From the NCBI GenBank assembly GCA_013141255.1, contig JABFRJ010000318.1, positions 1,053-65,052 on the forward strand: 64,000 nucleotides of DNA. Direction: 5' to 3'. Below, piece by piece: positions 26,531-35,126 of this stretch. The notes under the pieces were generated by a model, which ran no database searches, was not told the origin of the DNA, and saw nothing but the letters and a program-made list of their open reading frames with translations. This stretch comes from Hyphomicrobiaceae bacterium (GTDB lineage: Bacteria; Pseudomonadota; Alphaproteobacteria; Rhizobiales; Hyphomicrobiaceae). Each line of letters starts with the position of its first letter. Position 1 is the stretch's first letter. Made by a program: the position numbers and the translations under genes.

Positions 26531-29500
26531 ATGACATATTTCTTACGGGTGCTTGCAGCTGTTGCTTTACTTGCATCAGCCATATCGGACGCGAAAGCTA
26601 TCGACCTTGGCGGCGGCGCGATGCCCGTTGCGTTCGAACCCAACAAGCCAATTTCCTTGCCAGCAGCGGGCGAAATTCGCATCGATGGCGTCGTAACGAG
26701 CCCTACACCAGTCACACTGATTTTGCGTATCGATGACGGACAGTCGACCAGTTATTCCTCAAGAATGAATGACGAACGCGGGCTCCCGCCGGGACCATTC
26801 TCACTACGATTTGATGTAGCAAATCTCCAAGCGTCGAATGGACGTCGCCTAAATCCAACAGACATCCGACGGGCCATTGTTTTCATCAATGGCGCAGGTA
26901 CAGGTCGCATAACTCGCTTCGATGTTGTGGAAAAAACATCTGCAGCGTCGGTCATCTCACCCAATCCCCAATCAGCGTCAACTCTCGTTGAGATCGGCAC
27001 GGGCTTTCTGCCAATTTCATTCGAACCGAAACAAACAGTAATGCTGCCTACAACGGGTGAAATCCGCATTGACGGCTTAAACACAGGCACCGCGCCGTTT
27101 AATCTCGTCATTCGAATCGACGACGCACTCTCATCCGATTACATGTCACGGATGAACGACGAACGATCAGTCGCACCAGGCCCCTTCTCACTGCGATTCG
27201 ATACAAGCCACTTAAAGGCAACAAATGGTCGCGTACTCGATCCGACCCGCATCATACGAGTAATTGCCTTCGTCAATGGCGATGGTGTCGGCACCGTCAC
27301 GCGATTCAACGCAGCTCCAAAAATTGGCCCAACGCCTGCGGCAACAACACGCCCGACCGCTCCCGAAACGCAAACAGTGGGTTCCACCGTCACCTTTGCG
27401 ACAGGTCCATTCCCAAGCGCATTCGAACCCGACCACCCCGTCGCATTGCCTCCGGCACAAACATTACAACTCGAAGGCACTATCGATAGCCCAACACCAG
27501 CTCTACTTGTACTACGCATCGACGATGGTCAATCAGTCGACTACGCGTCTCGCATGAACGATGAACGCGAAGTGCCACCCGGGCCCTTCTCGCTCGAGTA
27601 CGATACCAGCAACTTACGCGCAAAAAACGGGCGCGTGCTGAACCCAAGCGACATTAGACGCATCATCGCCTTTATAGATGGAGCGGGCAGTGGCACAATC
27701 ATGCGCTTTGCCGTTACCCCCAAAGCGAATACCACGTCGGCATCACACACCGACGCGGCAGCGCAACCAAGTTCGATCACAATCAAACCAGGCGAAGCAC
27801 GCGCATTTGGAAAAGGCCCGTTGCCTATAGTTTTTGAACCAGACCGCCCCGTGAGCCTGACAGCAACCCACGAACTACGCATCAATGGCACAATCTCAGG
27901 CCCCACCGCCGCAACACTGATACTACGCGTCGACGATGCAGAAACGACCGATTATCAATCACGCATGAATTTAGAACACGCCCTAAAGCCAGGGCCGTTT
28001 TCAATTCGGATCGATGTTGCCAACCTTAGAACAAGCAACGGACGATCCATCAAAGCGACTAACATTACGCGCGTGATAGCATTCATAAATGGATCAGGCA
28101 CCGCAATCGCTACCCGTTTCGATGTTGGACCAAAAGACGGCCCTGCCATCCCTTTGGCATCCTCCAGCACACCAGCAAAAAACAAATCTGCGAGCTCAAT
28201 CAAATCCGGCCCAAAACTGATCGGTCCGCAAACCTTGTCGACCGGAACACTACCGATAAAGTACGATCCATCCACGCCAGTCGCGTTTGGTGACGCCGAT
28301 GAAATTCGCGTCGAGGGCTTCAACGACGGTAAAGAGCCAGCAGCAGTTGCGCTCCGCATTGATGACGGTCAATCCAGCGGCTATCCATCACGCTTCAATG
28401 ACGAGCGCATGCTTCCGCCTGGACCATTCAAGTTACGTATCGGCCTCAAAGGCTTAAAAGCGCCTAGTGGTCGCATACTTGACCATGGCGACATCAGACG
28501 CATTCACTTGTTCCCATGGCAAGGATCTCCCAACGTCCGTATTGTCAAATTTGAAACGGGTCGAGGCCGAACGCTGCCGTTGGGCGCAACGGGCTACGCC
28601 CTTGGTGCAGACAATGCTCCTCTGCACCCCGGCTTCGAACGAATTGCGCCAGGCGATCAACGCATTGGTGCGCGTGGCACAACCGAGGCAATTCGTAGAC
28701 CTGCACCCGATCCGCTTGTCGCCAATGGCTTGCGCGGCATTCGTACATTGACACTTCTGGCACCAAAAGGTCGTGTTCGCGTAACCATCTGGAGCGAAGA
28801 TCCTGGCGAATGGGAAGAACTGCCGCGCGAGTTTGAACGCCGCATTCGCGTCAATGGCAAAGATGCCTGGATCCATAAGATGTCCGCTGACCAATGGATA
28901 TCAGAGCGCTACCTTCGCGGCTCTAAAACCGAGCACTCAACCACAGACGATGCTTGGACAGCTTATGGAAAGCATCGCGGCAATAGGCGTTGGCTCGATG
29001 TCGACGCCCCCAAAGGAACTGTCGTCATAGAGCTTTCAGGCGCCGAAGCATCGGCATATTACCTATCAGCCGTCTTGATCGAACCCGCGCCGACGAATAC
29101 ATCTGACAAGACAGAATCGCCTAGCCAAGCATTAGTCGAGACCCAACGCGCTGAGTGGTATCAATCCAACTATCCCGTAGCTGAGTACAAAATCGGCAAC
29201 AACGACGGCGGCACGCCAATCGCATTACACTGGTCAGACGCGACCCAATCAAGAACTGCACCAATTACCATTAAAACCGCCCCCGACAGCGGTGCGGGCA
29301 TCCGCCTTGACGTGACCTCCGATGCAACACTCGAAAAGCCACGCATCACCATTACCCCTCCAATCCGTGCCAACGAACAGATCCCAACTACGATCTGGGC
29401 ATCCGAACTGCGCCTCGAACGCGACAGTACTGTTCTAAAACTGACTGACAATCGTTTGATTGCCGACACTACGTTGCGGCCCCTCAAAGCCAACAACATG

Positions 29501-30604
29501 CGCAGTTACGAACTCTGGTTTGACATCGCCAAAGGCTCACCACCGGGTGCCTATCTCGGTTATGTGACCTTTTACAACGGCAAACGCGAAATACGGATCC
29601 CCATCGAGATCACCGTTCTCGCAGTCGAACTACCTCTGCCCTCCAAACCGTCCGGCTTCTACCTCGCGCGAGCGCCACATCTCAGCTATTTCCCCGGTCT
29701 CGCTATTGCGCGCGACCAACAACTTGGCTGCGATTTAGAGTTCATGCGACGCTTCGGACTTTCCAATACCGCTCCGCCCATTGCCGGGCTAGATCGGCAA
29801 GATTTGACTGTCTTCGGAACCGATATGCGTCGCCCAGGTGGCGGTGGCGCACAGGTGACTCCAGGGTGGCTGATTTACAATCCCTTGGTCGAACTCCACA
29901 AACGCCACGGATCAAATCGGGGCGCGGAAATTGTCGCGAGATTAGAAACAATGATCAAAGCGGCAGCACTCCCACAACCGCTATGGAGCGTGGCAGACGA
30001 ACCATCAAATCCTGACCAAACCCCAGGTGAACTCGACCAATGGGTAAAGGCGCTTCGCGCCGCAAGCCCCGGCATTAAACTCGCGGGTCACCTAAACACG
30101 CCAAAAGATGATCGTTACGCGCCGCTCTTTGACACCCTTATAATTAATCAAGCGTTTGGTATTGAGGCTGCCAACATCTCCAAGTATACGAAGTCGGGCA
30201 ACAAAGTCTGGCTCTATAACACCTTCGCTCATCGCTTGACGGCCGGACACTGGCTCTGGAACACGCCTGCTGAGCGCTATGTCCAATGGCACGCGCGCAT
30301 GCCAACCGCCGACCCGTTCGACCCCATAGACGGCCGTGAGGCCGATTTTCAGGTCATTTATCCCACTGCACAAGTTTGCCCAAAAACGCCTGACATTAAC
30401 CGCGATTTATTGCGCTTGGCAGAGGGCGTTGTTGATCAGCGATGGCTACTTTGGCTTGAACACCAACCAACACGCAAAGCCCGCCAATTAACGGCAGAGT
30501 TGCGTACACTTTTTGCAGGGAGCTTTGAAAAGGTGCAAAAAACGTCGCGAACTGACCTTATCGAGATCAGAAACCGGATCATGGATGTGTTCGGATCACC
30601 ATGA
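26531..30604 (+). CDS. Large secreted protein: signal peptide, 5 tandem uncharacterised ~130-143-aa domains, and a C-terminal glycoside-hydrolase-like module
   Basis: 1357-aa ORF with AGAGG 5 nt upstream of the ATG. Signal peptide MTYFLRVLAAVALLASAISDAKA. See the repeat feature and findings for the domain structure. The C-terminal part contains an Ig-like segment (YELWFDIAKGSPPGAYLGYVTFYNGKREIRIPIEITV) and a barrel-like segment with WSVADEPSNP. Confidence 0.9.
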   Translation: MTYFLRVLAAVALLASAISDAKAIDLGGGAMPVAFEPNKPISLPAAGEIRIDGVVTSPTPVTLILRIDDGQSTSYSSRMNDERGLPPGPFSLRFDVANLQASNGRRLNPTDIRRAIVFINGAGTGRITRFDVVEKTSAASVISPNPQSASTLVEIGTGFLPISFEPKQTVMLPTTGEIRIDGLNTGTAPFNLVIRIDDALSSDYMSRMNDERSVAPGPFSLRFDTSHLKATNGRVLDPTRIIRVIAFVNGDGVGTVTRFNAAPKIGPTPAATTRPTAPETQTVGSTVTFATGPFPSAFEPDHPVALPPAQTLQLEGTIDSPTPALLVLRIDDGQSVDYASRMNDEREVPPGPFSLEYDTSNLRAKNGRVLNPSDIRRIIAFIDGAGSGTIMRFAVTPKANTTSASHTDAAAQPSSITIKPGEARAFGKGPLPIVFEPDRPVSLTATHELRINGTISGPTAATLILRVDDAETTDYQSRMNLEHALKPGPFSIRIDVANLRTSNGRSIKATNITRVIAFINGSGTAIATRFDVGPKDGPAIPLASSSTPAKNKSASSIKSGPKLIGPQTLSTGTLPIKYDPSTPVAFGDADEIRVEGFNDGKEPAAVALRIDDGQSSGYPSRFNDERMLPPGPFKLRIGLKGLKAPSGRILDHGDIRRIHLFPWQGSPNVRIVKFETGRGRTLPLGATGYALGADNAPLHPGFERIAPGDQRIGARGTTEAIRRPAPDPLVANGLRGIRTLTLLAPKGRVRVTIWSEDPGEWEELPREFERRIRVNGKDAWIHKMSADQWISERYLRGSKTEHSTTDDAWTAYGKHRGNRRWLDVDAPKGTVVIELSGAEASAYYLSAVLIEPAPTNTSDKTESPSQALVETQRAEWYQSNYPVAEYKIGNNDGGTPIALHWSDATQSRTAPITIKTAPDSGAGIRLDVTSDATLEKPRITITPPIRANEQIPTTIWASELRLERDSTVLKLTDNRLIADTTLRPLKANNMRSYELWFDIAKGSPPGAYLGYVTFYNGKREIRIPIEITVLAVELPLPSKPSGFYLARAPHLSYFPGLAIARDQQLGCDLEFMRRFGLSNTAPPIAGLDRQDLTVFGTDMRRPGGGGAQVTPGWLIYNPLVELHKRHGSNRGAEIVARLETMIKAAALPQPLWSVADEPSNPDQTPGELDQWVKALRAASPGIKLAGHLNTPKDDRYAPLFDTLIINQAFGIEAANISKYTKSGNKVWLYNTFAHRLTAGHWLWNTPAERYVQWHARMPTADPFDPIDGREADFQVIYPTAQVCPKTPDINRDLLRLAEGVVDQRWLLWLEHQPTRKARQLTAELRTLFAGSFEKVQKTSRTDLIEIRNRIMDVFGSP
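26609..28558 (+). repeat. Intragenic tandem repeat: five diverged copies of a ~390-430-bp (130-143-aa) coding unit
   Basis: Repeat anchors are FEP at aa 35, 164, 298 and 435, and YDP at aa 578. Shared motif: FEPxxPxxLP..EIRIDG...LxLRIDDGQSxxYxSRMNDERxxPPGPFSLRFDxxNLxAxNGRxLxPxDIRRxIAFINGxGxGxIxRF. Approximate cores are 26621-26926, 27008-27313, 27410-27715, 27821-28126 and 28250-28558. Copies 1-4 are roughly 50-60 percent identical by eye, and copy 5 is more diverged. Confidence 0.85.
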
Positions 30605-30753
30605 CGCATTCATTAACTTAAAATTCGTCATTATGGTCCGCCTCAATCCATATATCGAGTAGGAACCCGCCTGCTACTGAAGTGTATACAGCTCCGAACC
30701 ACCCGAATAATGGTTTTCGCGCTGCAAAGTATTGAGTTGAGAGGATCACGAAC

Positions 30754-32172
30754 GTGAAGGTAAATCTGGCAGAAGACCTCAAGTATATCATTGAGGTTGT
30801 GTGGAGACGCCGTCGGCTCCTAATACTTCCACTTGCGATCCTACTTCCGTTAACGATAGCAGCATCATATTTTCTGCCCCGAACCTACGCGAGTCGTGCT
30901 CTTTTAATCATGCAAGAACAGGGGTCCGACAACCCGCTGATGAAGACACAGACTTCAACTGAACGCATCCGCGAACGTGCGCCCGGTCTCCAGGCCTTGC
31001 TGAAAAGCGAGCGCGTCTTATTGAACGCGTTGCGCGACATTAAAGGCGAGGACATGCCCACCGACCCTCGAGCCATCGCACTCGAACTCCAAGACCTCGA
31101 CAAGCAATTGTCGTTCGAAATGGTCGGTTCCGATTTTTTGGACATCCAGCTCAAAGGCGCAAAATCGGTAGGTCTCGGTCGTCAACTTGAAGCCATTACG
31201 TCTCGCTTTCTCGAAAGCATGCTGACGCCCGATCAGGACGCCATGAGCGCGACGCAGGTGCTACAAGACAAGCGCAAAGAAGATGTGGTTACAGCCGAAA
31301 AGGCACTCGCCAAGTTCAAGGATCAGATCGGCGAGCGCACGTTGGCCGCTATTGCCGCAAGTCAAAAACGAGTTGCTGAAGTCGGCTCAAACACCAATCG
31401 CGTCGAAGCTGATATAGCGGCAACGACGACCGACATTGAACAACTCAAAAAATCAATTGGAATAACAGCGGACACCCGTCCTGAAGCCGCGATGGAGGGA
31501 TTACTCCGCCAAGGCAACGTCGAAATTCTCGAACTAGAAAAGCGCGGAGCTGCAGGTGCACCGCTTATCGAGCGCGCACGGTCAAAGCTTGTGGCACTCC
31601 GTCGCATCCAAGCTCAGGAGGCACGCTTCGCCGATCTTCAGCGCGAGCTTAATGAGGTCAAACGCCTCGTGGTCGATAGCCAAAGAGCAGCAACCGATGC
31701 GCGAACCCCTGAAGGACAGCTGCGACGCCTCGAAAAGGACCTTGCGGAAGCAAAGATACAATTCGAAACATATCTTCGCCGTTTCCCATCAGCTACCAGC
31801 AGCCGCTCGCTACAGGTATTGCGTGCGCCGGAACGCATCCGCGTCATCGACGCCCCTCGAGACCCCGAGTTCCCTTTAACATCGCGCCTTAAGTATATCC
31901 TCGCAGGTGCGGTTGCCGCACTTCTGCTTTCAGTCGGGCTCGCAGCAAGCGCCGAAGCACTCGATCAACGCGTACGACGCGCACGGGATTTCGAGAACAT
32001 CACCGGCCTACCTGTGGTCGCTCGATTGCCAGCCGCCATTCCAGAGCCAGTTGTCCTCGACGAGTTTCAAGAACCGGTGCCTTCGCCCCAGAAAAAAGCA
32101 TCTTGGAAAGGCAATGGCAGCTTATCAAATCTGCCAATCCTTCCGGTTAAGCCGCATCAAAGCGCAGCATAA
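30754..32172 (+). CDS. Polysaccharide co-polymerase / chain-length determinant (Wzz/GumC family) without kinase domain
   Basis: GTG start with GAGGA upstream. N-terminal Wzz motif with TM1 (RRRRLLILPLAILLPLTIAASYFLPRTYAS), a long periplasmic coiled coil and TM2 (YILAGAVAALLLSVGLAASAEAL). It ends with a ~75-aa tail and has no Walker motifs. Confidence 0.85.
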   Translation: MKVNLAEDLKYIIEVVWRRRRLLILPLAILLPLTIAASYFLPRTYASRALLIMQEQGSDNPLMKTQTSTERIRERAPGLQALLKSERVLLNALRDIKGEDMPTDPRAIALELQDLDKQLSFEMVGSDFLDIQLKGAKSVGLGRQLEAITSRFLESMLTPDQDAMSATQVLQDKRKEDVVTAEKALAKFKDQIGERTLAAIAASQKRVAEVGSNTNRVEADIAATTTDIEQLKKSIGITADTRPEAAMEGLLRQGNVEILELEKRGAAGAPLIERARSKLVALRRIQAQEARFADLQRELNEVKRLVVDSQRAATDARTPEGQLRRLEKDLAEAKIQFETYLRRFPSATSSRSLQVLRAPERIRVIDAPRDPEFPLTSRLKYILAGAVAALLLSVGLAASAEALDQRVRRARDFENITGLPVVARLPAAIPEPVVLDEFQEPVPSPQKKASWKGNGSLSNLPILPVKPHQSAA

Positions 32173-32201
32173 TCCATTACCAGTCCGATACCCAGTTAAA
32201 G

Positions 32202-32237
32202 GGCCATATCTGAACATCGATATGGTCCTCAATTTTA
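32202..32237 (+). terminator. Probable rho-independent terminator closing the polysaccharide locus
   Basis: GGCCATAT-10 nt-ATATGG(T)CC with one bulge, followed by TCAATTTTAT. Confidence 0.5.
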
Positions 32238-32351
32238 TGGTCAGCTGTGTGCTCCAAGATTTACAATCCAGGTACACATTGCACGACGTACCAGGGAGCG
32301 TTAAGAACAGCGACGTAGATCGCACGAGCGACCCTAAGAGAACATACACGC

Positions 32352-32816
32352 ATGCCGCGGCTCCGCCTCATCGCACTTGACCCTGACGACCTGACTGTGC
32401 TCGGCACCCATCTGCAAGACTCAGTGGCAAAACTGAGTAATATGACTTACCGCCCGCAAGACCGCCGCTTTATTGCCCTCGTCAATCGTTTCGCTTGGGA
32501 TCACACCACCTCAAACGCGGCGCGCAATGACGAATTTGAGCGCCGCCGCGCGGCGCTCCGCATTGAACGCGTCGCAAGAGCTCAAGTGTCCGGGCTCAAT
32601 TTAATGCGTCCAGATACGATTGTGTCCATCCTAACAGTAACTTTTACCCCTGATAGTGACACAGCCAAATCACCGGCAGGTGTCCTGACGATGCACTTTT
32701 CAGGTGGCGCTGCAATCCGACTGGACGTCGAGTGCCTCGAAATGATGCTGGAAGATCTAGGCCCAACCTGGAAGGCAAAAACCCAGCCACATCACTCAGA
32801 AAATATCCCAGAATAA
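32352..32816 (+). CDS. DUF2948 family protein
   Basis: PRLRLIALDPDDLTVLGTHLQDSVAKLSNMTYRPQDRRFIALVNRFAWD. Sits immediately upstream of hisD, the conserved position in Rhizobiales. Confidence 0.85.
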   Translation: MPRLRLIALDPDDLTVLGTHLQDSVAKLSNMTYRPQDRRFIALVNRFAWDHTTSNAARNDEFERRRAALRIERVARAQVSGLNLMRPDTIVSILTVTFTPDSDTAKSPAGVLTMHFSGGAAIRLDVECLEMMLEDLGPTWKAKTQPHHSENIPE

Positions 32817-32945
32817 TCCAGTTCGATGCAACATCGAGTTGAGTTGAAAACGTCGACGGGTTAAACCGCAGAAACGATGGCTCTACTTAACAAGTAAAGC
32901 TACCCCGTCGATACCGCACTCAATTGGAGCACGAAGGAAATTTCG

Positions 32946-34244
32946 ATGGCGCAAGACTTCGATATCCGCGCGGTTGACTTTGAACAACAGTTCGACCTGT
33001 TCCTCGCCAGCAAACGGGAAAATGCGCCCGAAGTGGATGCGACAGTCCGCGAAATTTTAACCAATGTTCGCACACGCGGTGATGCTGCAGTCATAGAATA
33101 CACGCAAAAGTTTGACCGCTTAGATGTCGCTAACAACCGCATGCGTGTCACCGCGACCGAAGTCGATTATGCACTATCGATTTGCAATCGCGAGACACTT
33201 ACGGCCCTTCACTTTGCCCATGACCGCATCGTCAGCCATCATCAGCGCCAACGTCCAAAGAATGACCAATACCGCGATGCGACAGGTGCCGAACTGGGCA
33301 GTCGCTGGACAGCTGTCGAAAGTGTGGGGTTATATGTGCCAGGCGGCACGGCCAGTTACCCAAGCTCCGTACTGATGAATGCGGTGCCCGCCAAAGTCGC
33401 GGGCGTTCCGCGTATTGTAATGATGGTTCCGAGCCCCAGTGGAGATCTGAATCCGTTAGTTCTTGCGGCAGCGCACATCGCAGGCGTTGAAGAAATTTAT
33501 CGCATAGGTGGCGCACAAGCCATCGCTGCGCTCGCCTATGGTACAGAGACAATCAGACCGGTTGTTAAGATTGTAGGGCCTGGCAATGCCTTCGTCGCCG
33601 CCGCCAAACGCCAAGTATTCGGAATTGTCGGCATCGACAGTATCGCAGGCCCGTCCGAGGTCTTGATCATTGCAGACAAAGACAACAATCCAGCATGGAT
33701 CGCCGCAGATCTATTGGCACAAGCCGAGCATGATGCATCAGCGCAGTCCATATTGATCACCGATAACGAAGCATTCGCAATTGCCGTCAAACAGGCTGTG
33801 ACCGAACAACTCACAGTTCTCCCGCGCGGCAACATCGCGGCTCAAAGCTGGAATACATTCGGTGCTGTTATTTTAGTGCCTAGTTTGGACGCAGCCATTC
33901 CGCTGGCAGATCGAATTGCACCTGAACATCTCGAAATCGCAACTGCAAATCCAGAGCAACTCAGCGACAAAATCCGCAATGCCGGAGCAATATTCCTCGG
34001 CAAGCACACGCCTGAGGCTATCGGCGATTATGTCTCAGGCTCCAATCACGTCCTACCAACAGCTCGATCCGCACGCTTTTCATCAGGCCTAGGCGTCCTA
34101 GACTTCATGAAACGAACCTCACTGCTAAAGCTCGATGCTAATGCTCTGACTGCACTTGGCCCCTCGGCACAAACTTTGGCGCGCGCTGAAGGACTAGAAG
34201 CTCACTGCAAATCAATTTCCATTCGCCTCGGAGACCGCACATGA
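32946..34244 (+). CDS. hisD: Histidinol dehydrogenase
   Basis: 432 aa with motifs GLYVPGGTASYPSSVLMNAVPAKVAGV, AGPSEVLIIAD, AQAEHD and GDYVSGSNHVLPT. Confidence 0.97.
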   Translation: MAQDFDIRAVDFEQQFDLFLASKRENAPEVDATVREILTNVRTRGDAAVIEYTQKFDRLDVANNRMRVTATEVDYALSICNRETLTALHFAHDRIVSHHQRQRPKNDQYRDATGAELGSRWTAVESVGLYVPGGTASYPSSVLMNAVPAKVAGVPRIVMMVPSPSGDLNPLVLAAAHIAGVEEIYRIGGAQAIAALAYGTETIRPVVKIVGPGNAFVAAAKRQVFGIVGIDSIAGPSEVLIIADKDNNPAWIAADLLAQAEHDASAQSILITDNEAFAIAVKQAVTEQLTVLPRGNIAAQSWNTFGAVILVPSLDAAIPLADRIAPEHLEIATANPEQLSDKIRNAGAIFLGKHTPEAIGDYVSGSNHVLPTARSARFSSGLGVLDFMKRTSLLKLDANALTALGPSAQTLARAEGLEAHCKSISIRLGDRT

Positions 34245-34756
34245 CTGGCCGCACCGTAGAGGCCACCGGAGACCTCCCCGAATCCGGAACCAACCGCCTC
34301 TTGAGCTTGACGTTGGATCCAGGTTCCATTGCGCGTGGCAACCCAAATATCGAACACGAGCGCGAGGTCGCAATCTTTGACATCCTCGACGCCAACACCT
34401 TCATCGTCGATGGCCGCAATGATGGCCCATATCGCTTAGAACTTGCCGTCGCCGATGACCGACTGCTGTTCAACATAACTCCGGACGCCGGAACAACCAC
34501 GCCCGTCTCGATCCCAGTGGCCCTGTTGCCGCTTAAACGTGTTATGAAAGACTACTTCCTAGTCTGCGAGACCTACTATCAAGCCATTAGGACATCGCCA
34601 CCATCCAAAATTCAGCAAATAGATCAAGGACGTCGCGCACTCCATGACGAGGGTGCCAAGTCACTCGTAGATCGTTTAGCAGGCAAACTAACCATGGACA
34701 CAGACACATCGCGACGGCTATTCACGCTCATCTGCGCGCTCCATTGGAAGGGCTAA
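34241..34756 (+). CDS. UPF0262 family protein
   Basis: ATGA overlap with the hisD stop. Motif [18 protein letters not shown]...[14 protein letters not shown]. Conserved hisD-downstream position. Confidence 0.85.
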   Translation: MTGRTVEATGDLPESGTNRLLSLTLDPGSIARGNPNIEHEREVAIFDILDANTFIVDGRNDGPYRLELAVADDRLLFNITPDAGTTTPVSIPVALLPLKRVMKDYFLVCETYYQAIRTSPPSKIQQIDQGRRALHDEGAKSLVDRLAGKLTMDTDTSRRLFTLICALHWKG

Positions 34757-34907
34757 GGTAGCGATAAGCATCGGCCACCTAAACGCAGCAATGTGGGCAT
34801 CCGCCAAGTGGCGTCCTTTCGCCCTTGCACACCGGTCCTTTTCCTGTGCATTGTCCGGTCCAATCAACCAACATCCCCCGCAAGCTGCTGGAGAAACAGA
34901 GAATTGC

Positions 34908-35126
34908 ATGGCTAAAGAAGAACTACTCGAGTTTCCGGGCATCGTTTCGGAGCTACTGCCGAACGCTACTTTTCGCGTCAAGCTCGAGAACGGTCACGAA
35001 ATCATCGCCCATACAGCGGGTAAAATGCGCAAAAACCGCATTCGCGTCCTTGCAGGCGACAAAGTTTTAGTCGAAATGACGCCCTATGACCTCACCAAAG
35101 GCCGCATTACTTACCGCTTTAAGTAG
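34908..35126 (+). CDS. infA: Translation initiation factor IF-1
   Basis: [72 protein letters not shown], 72 aa. The longer ORF-track start at 34791 is an upstream extension. Confidence 0.97.
   Translation: MAKEELLEFPGIVSELLPNATFRVKLENGHEIIAHTAGKMRKNRIRVLAGDKVLVEMTPYDLTKGRITYRFK

Noticed and set aside
26752-28359. Four evenly spaced ~120-134-aa minus-strand ORFs with mutually similar sequences (…EKGPGxxxRSSFxRDx)
   Set aside because: Their periodicity mirrors the five sense-strand repeats of the 1357-aa gene. They are the antisense image of the repeat, not an independent repeated gene family.
16260-32237. The polysaccharide locus as a mobile genomic island, or as a PEP-CTERM/exosortase system
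   Set aside because: I saw no integrase, transposase, flanking tRNA or direct repeats at the borders. There is no exosortase gene, and no protein ends in a PEP-CTERM motif. Only a by-eye compositional difference supports foreign origin.
35086-35126. 41-nt overlap between infA and maf as a possible programmed frameshift or fusion
   Set aside because: It is most simply explained by the ORF finder extending maf to the first upstream ATG. The conserved Maf core begins about 40 codons downstream, and infA ends normally.
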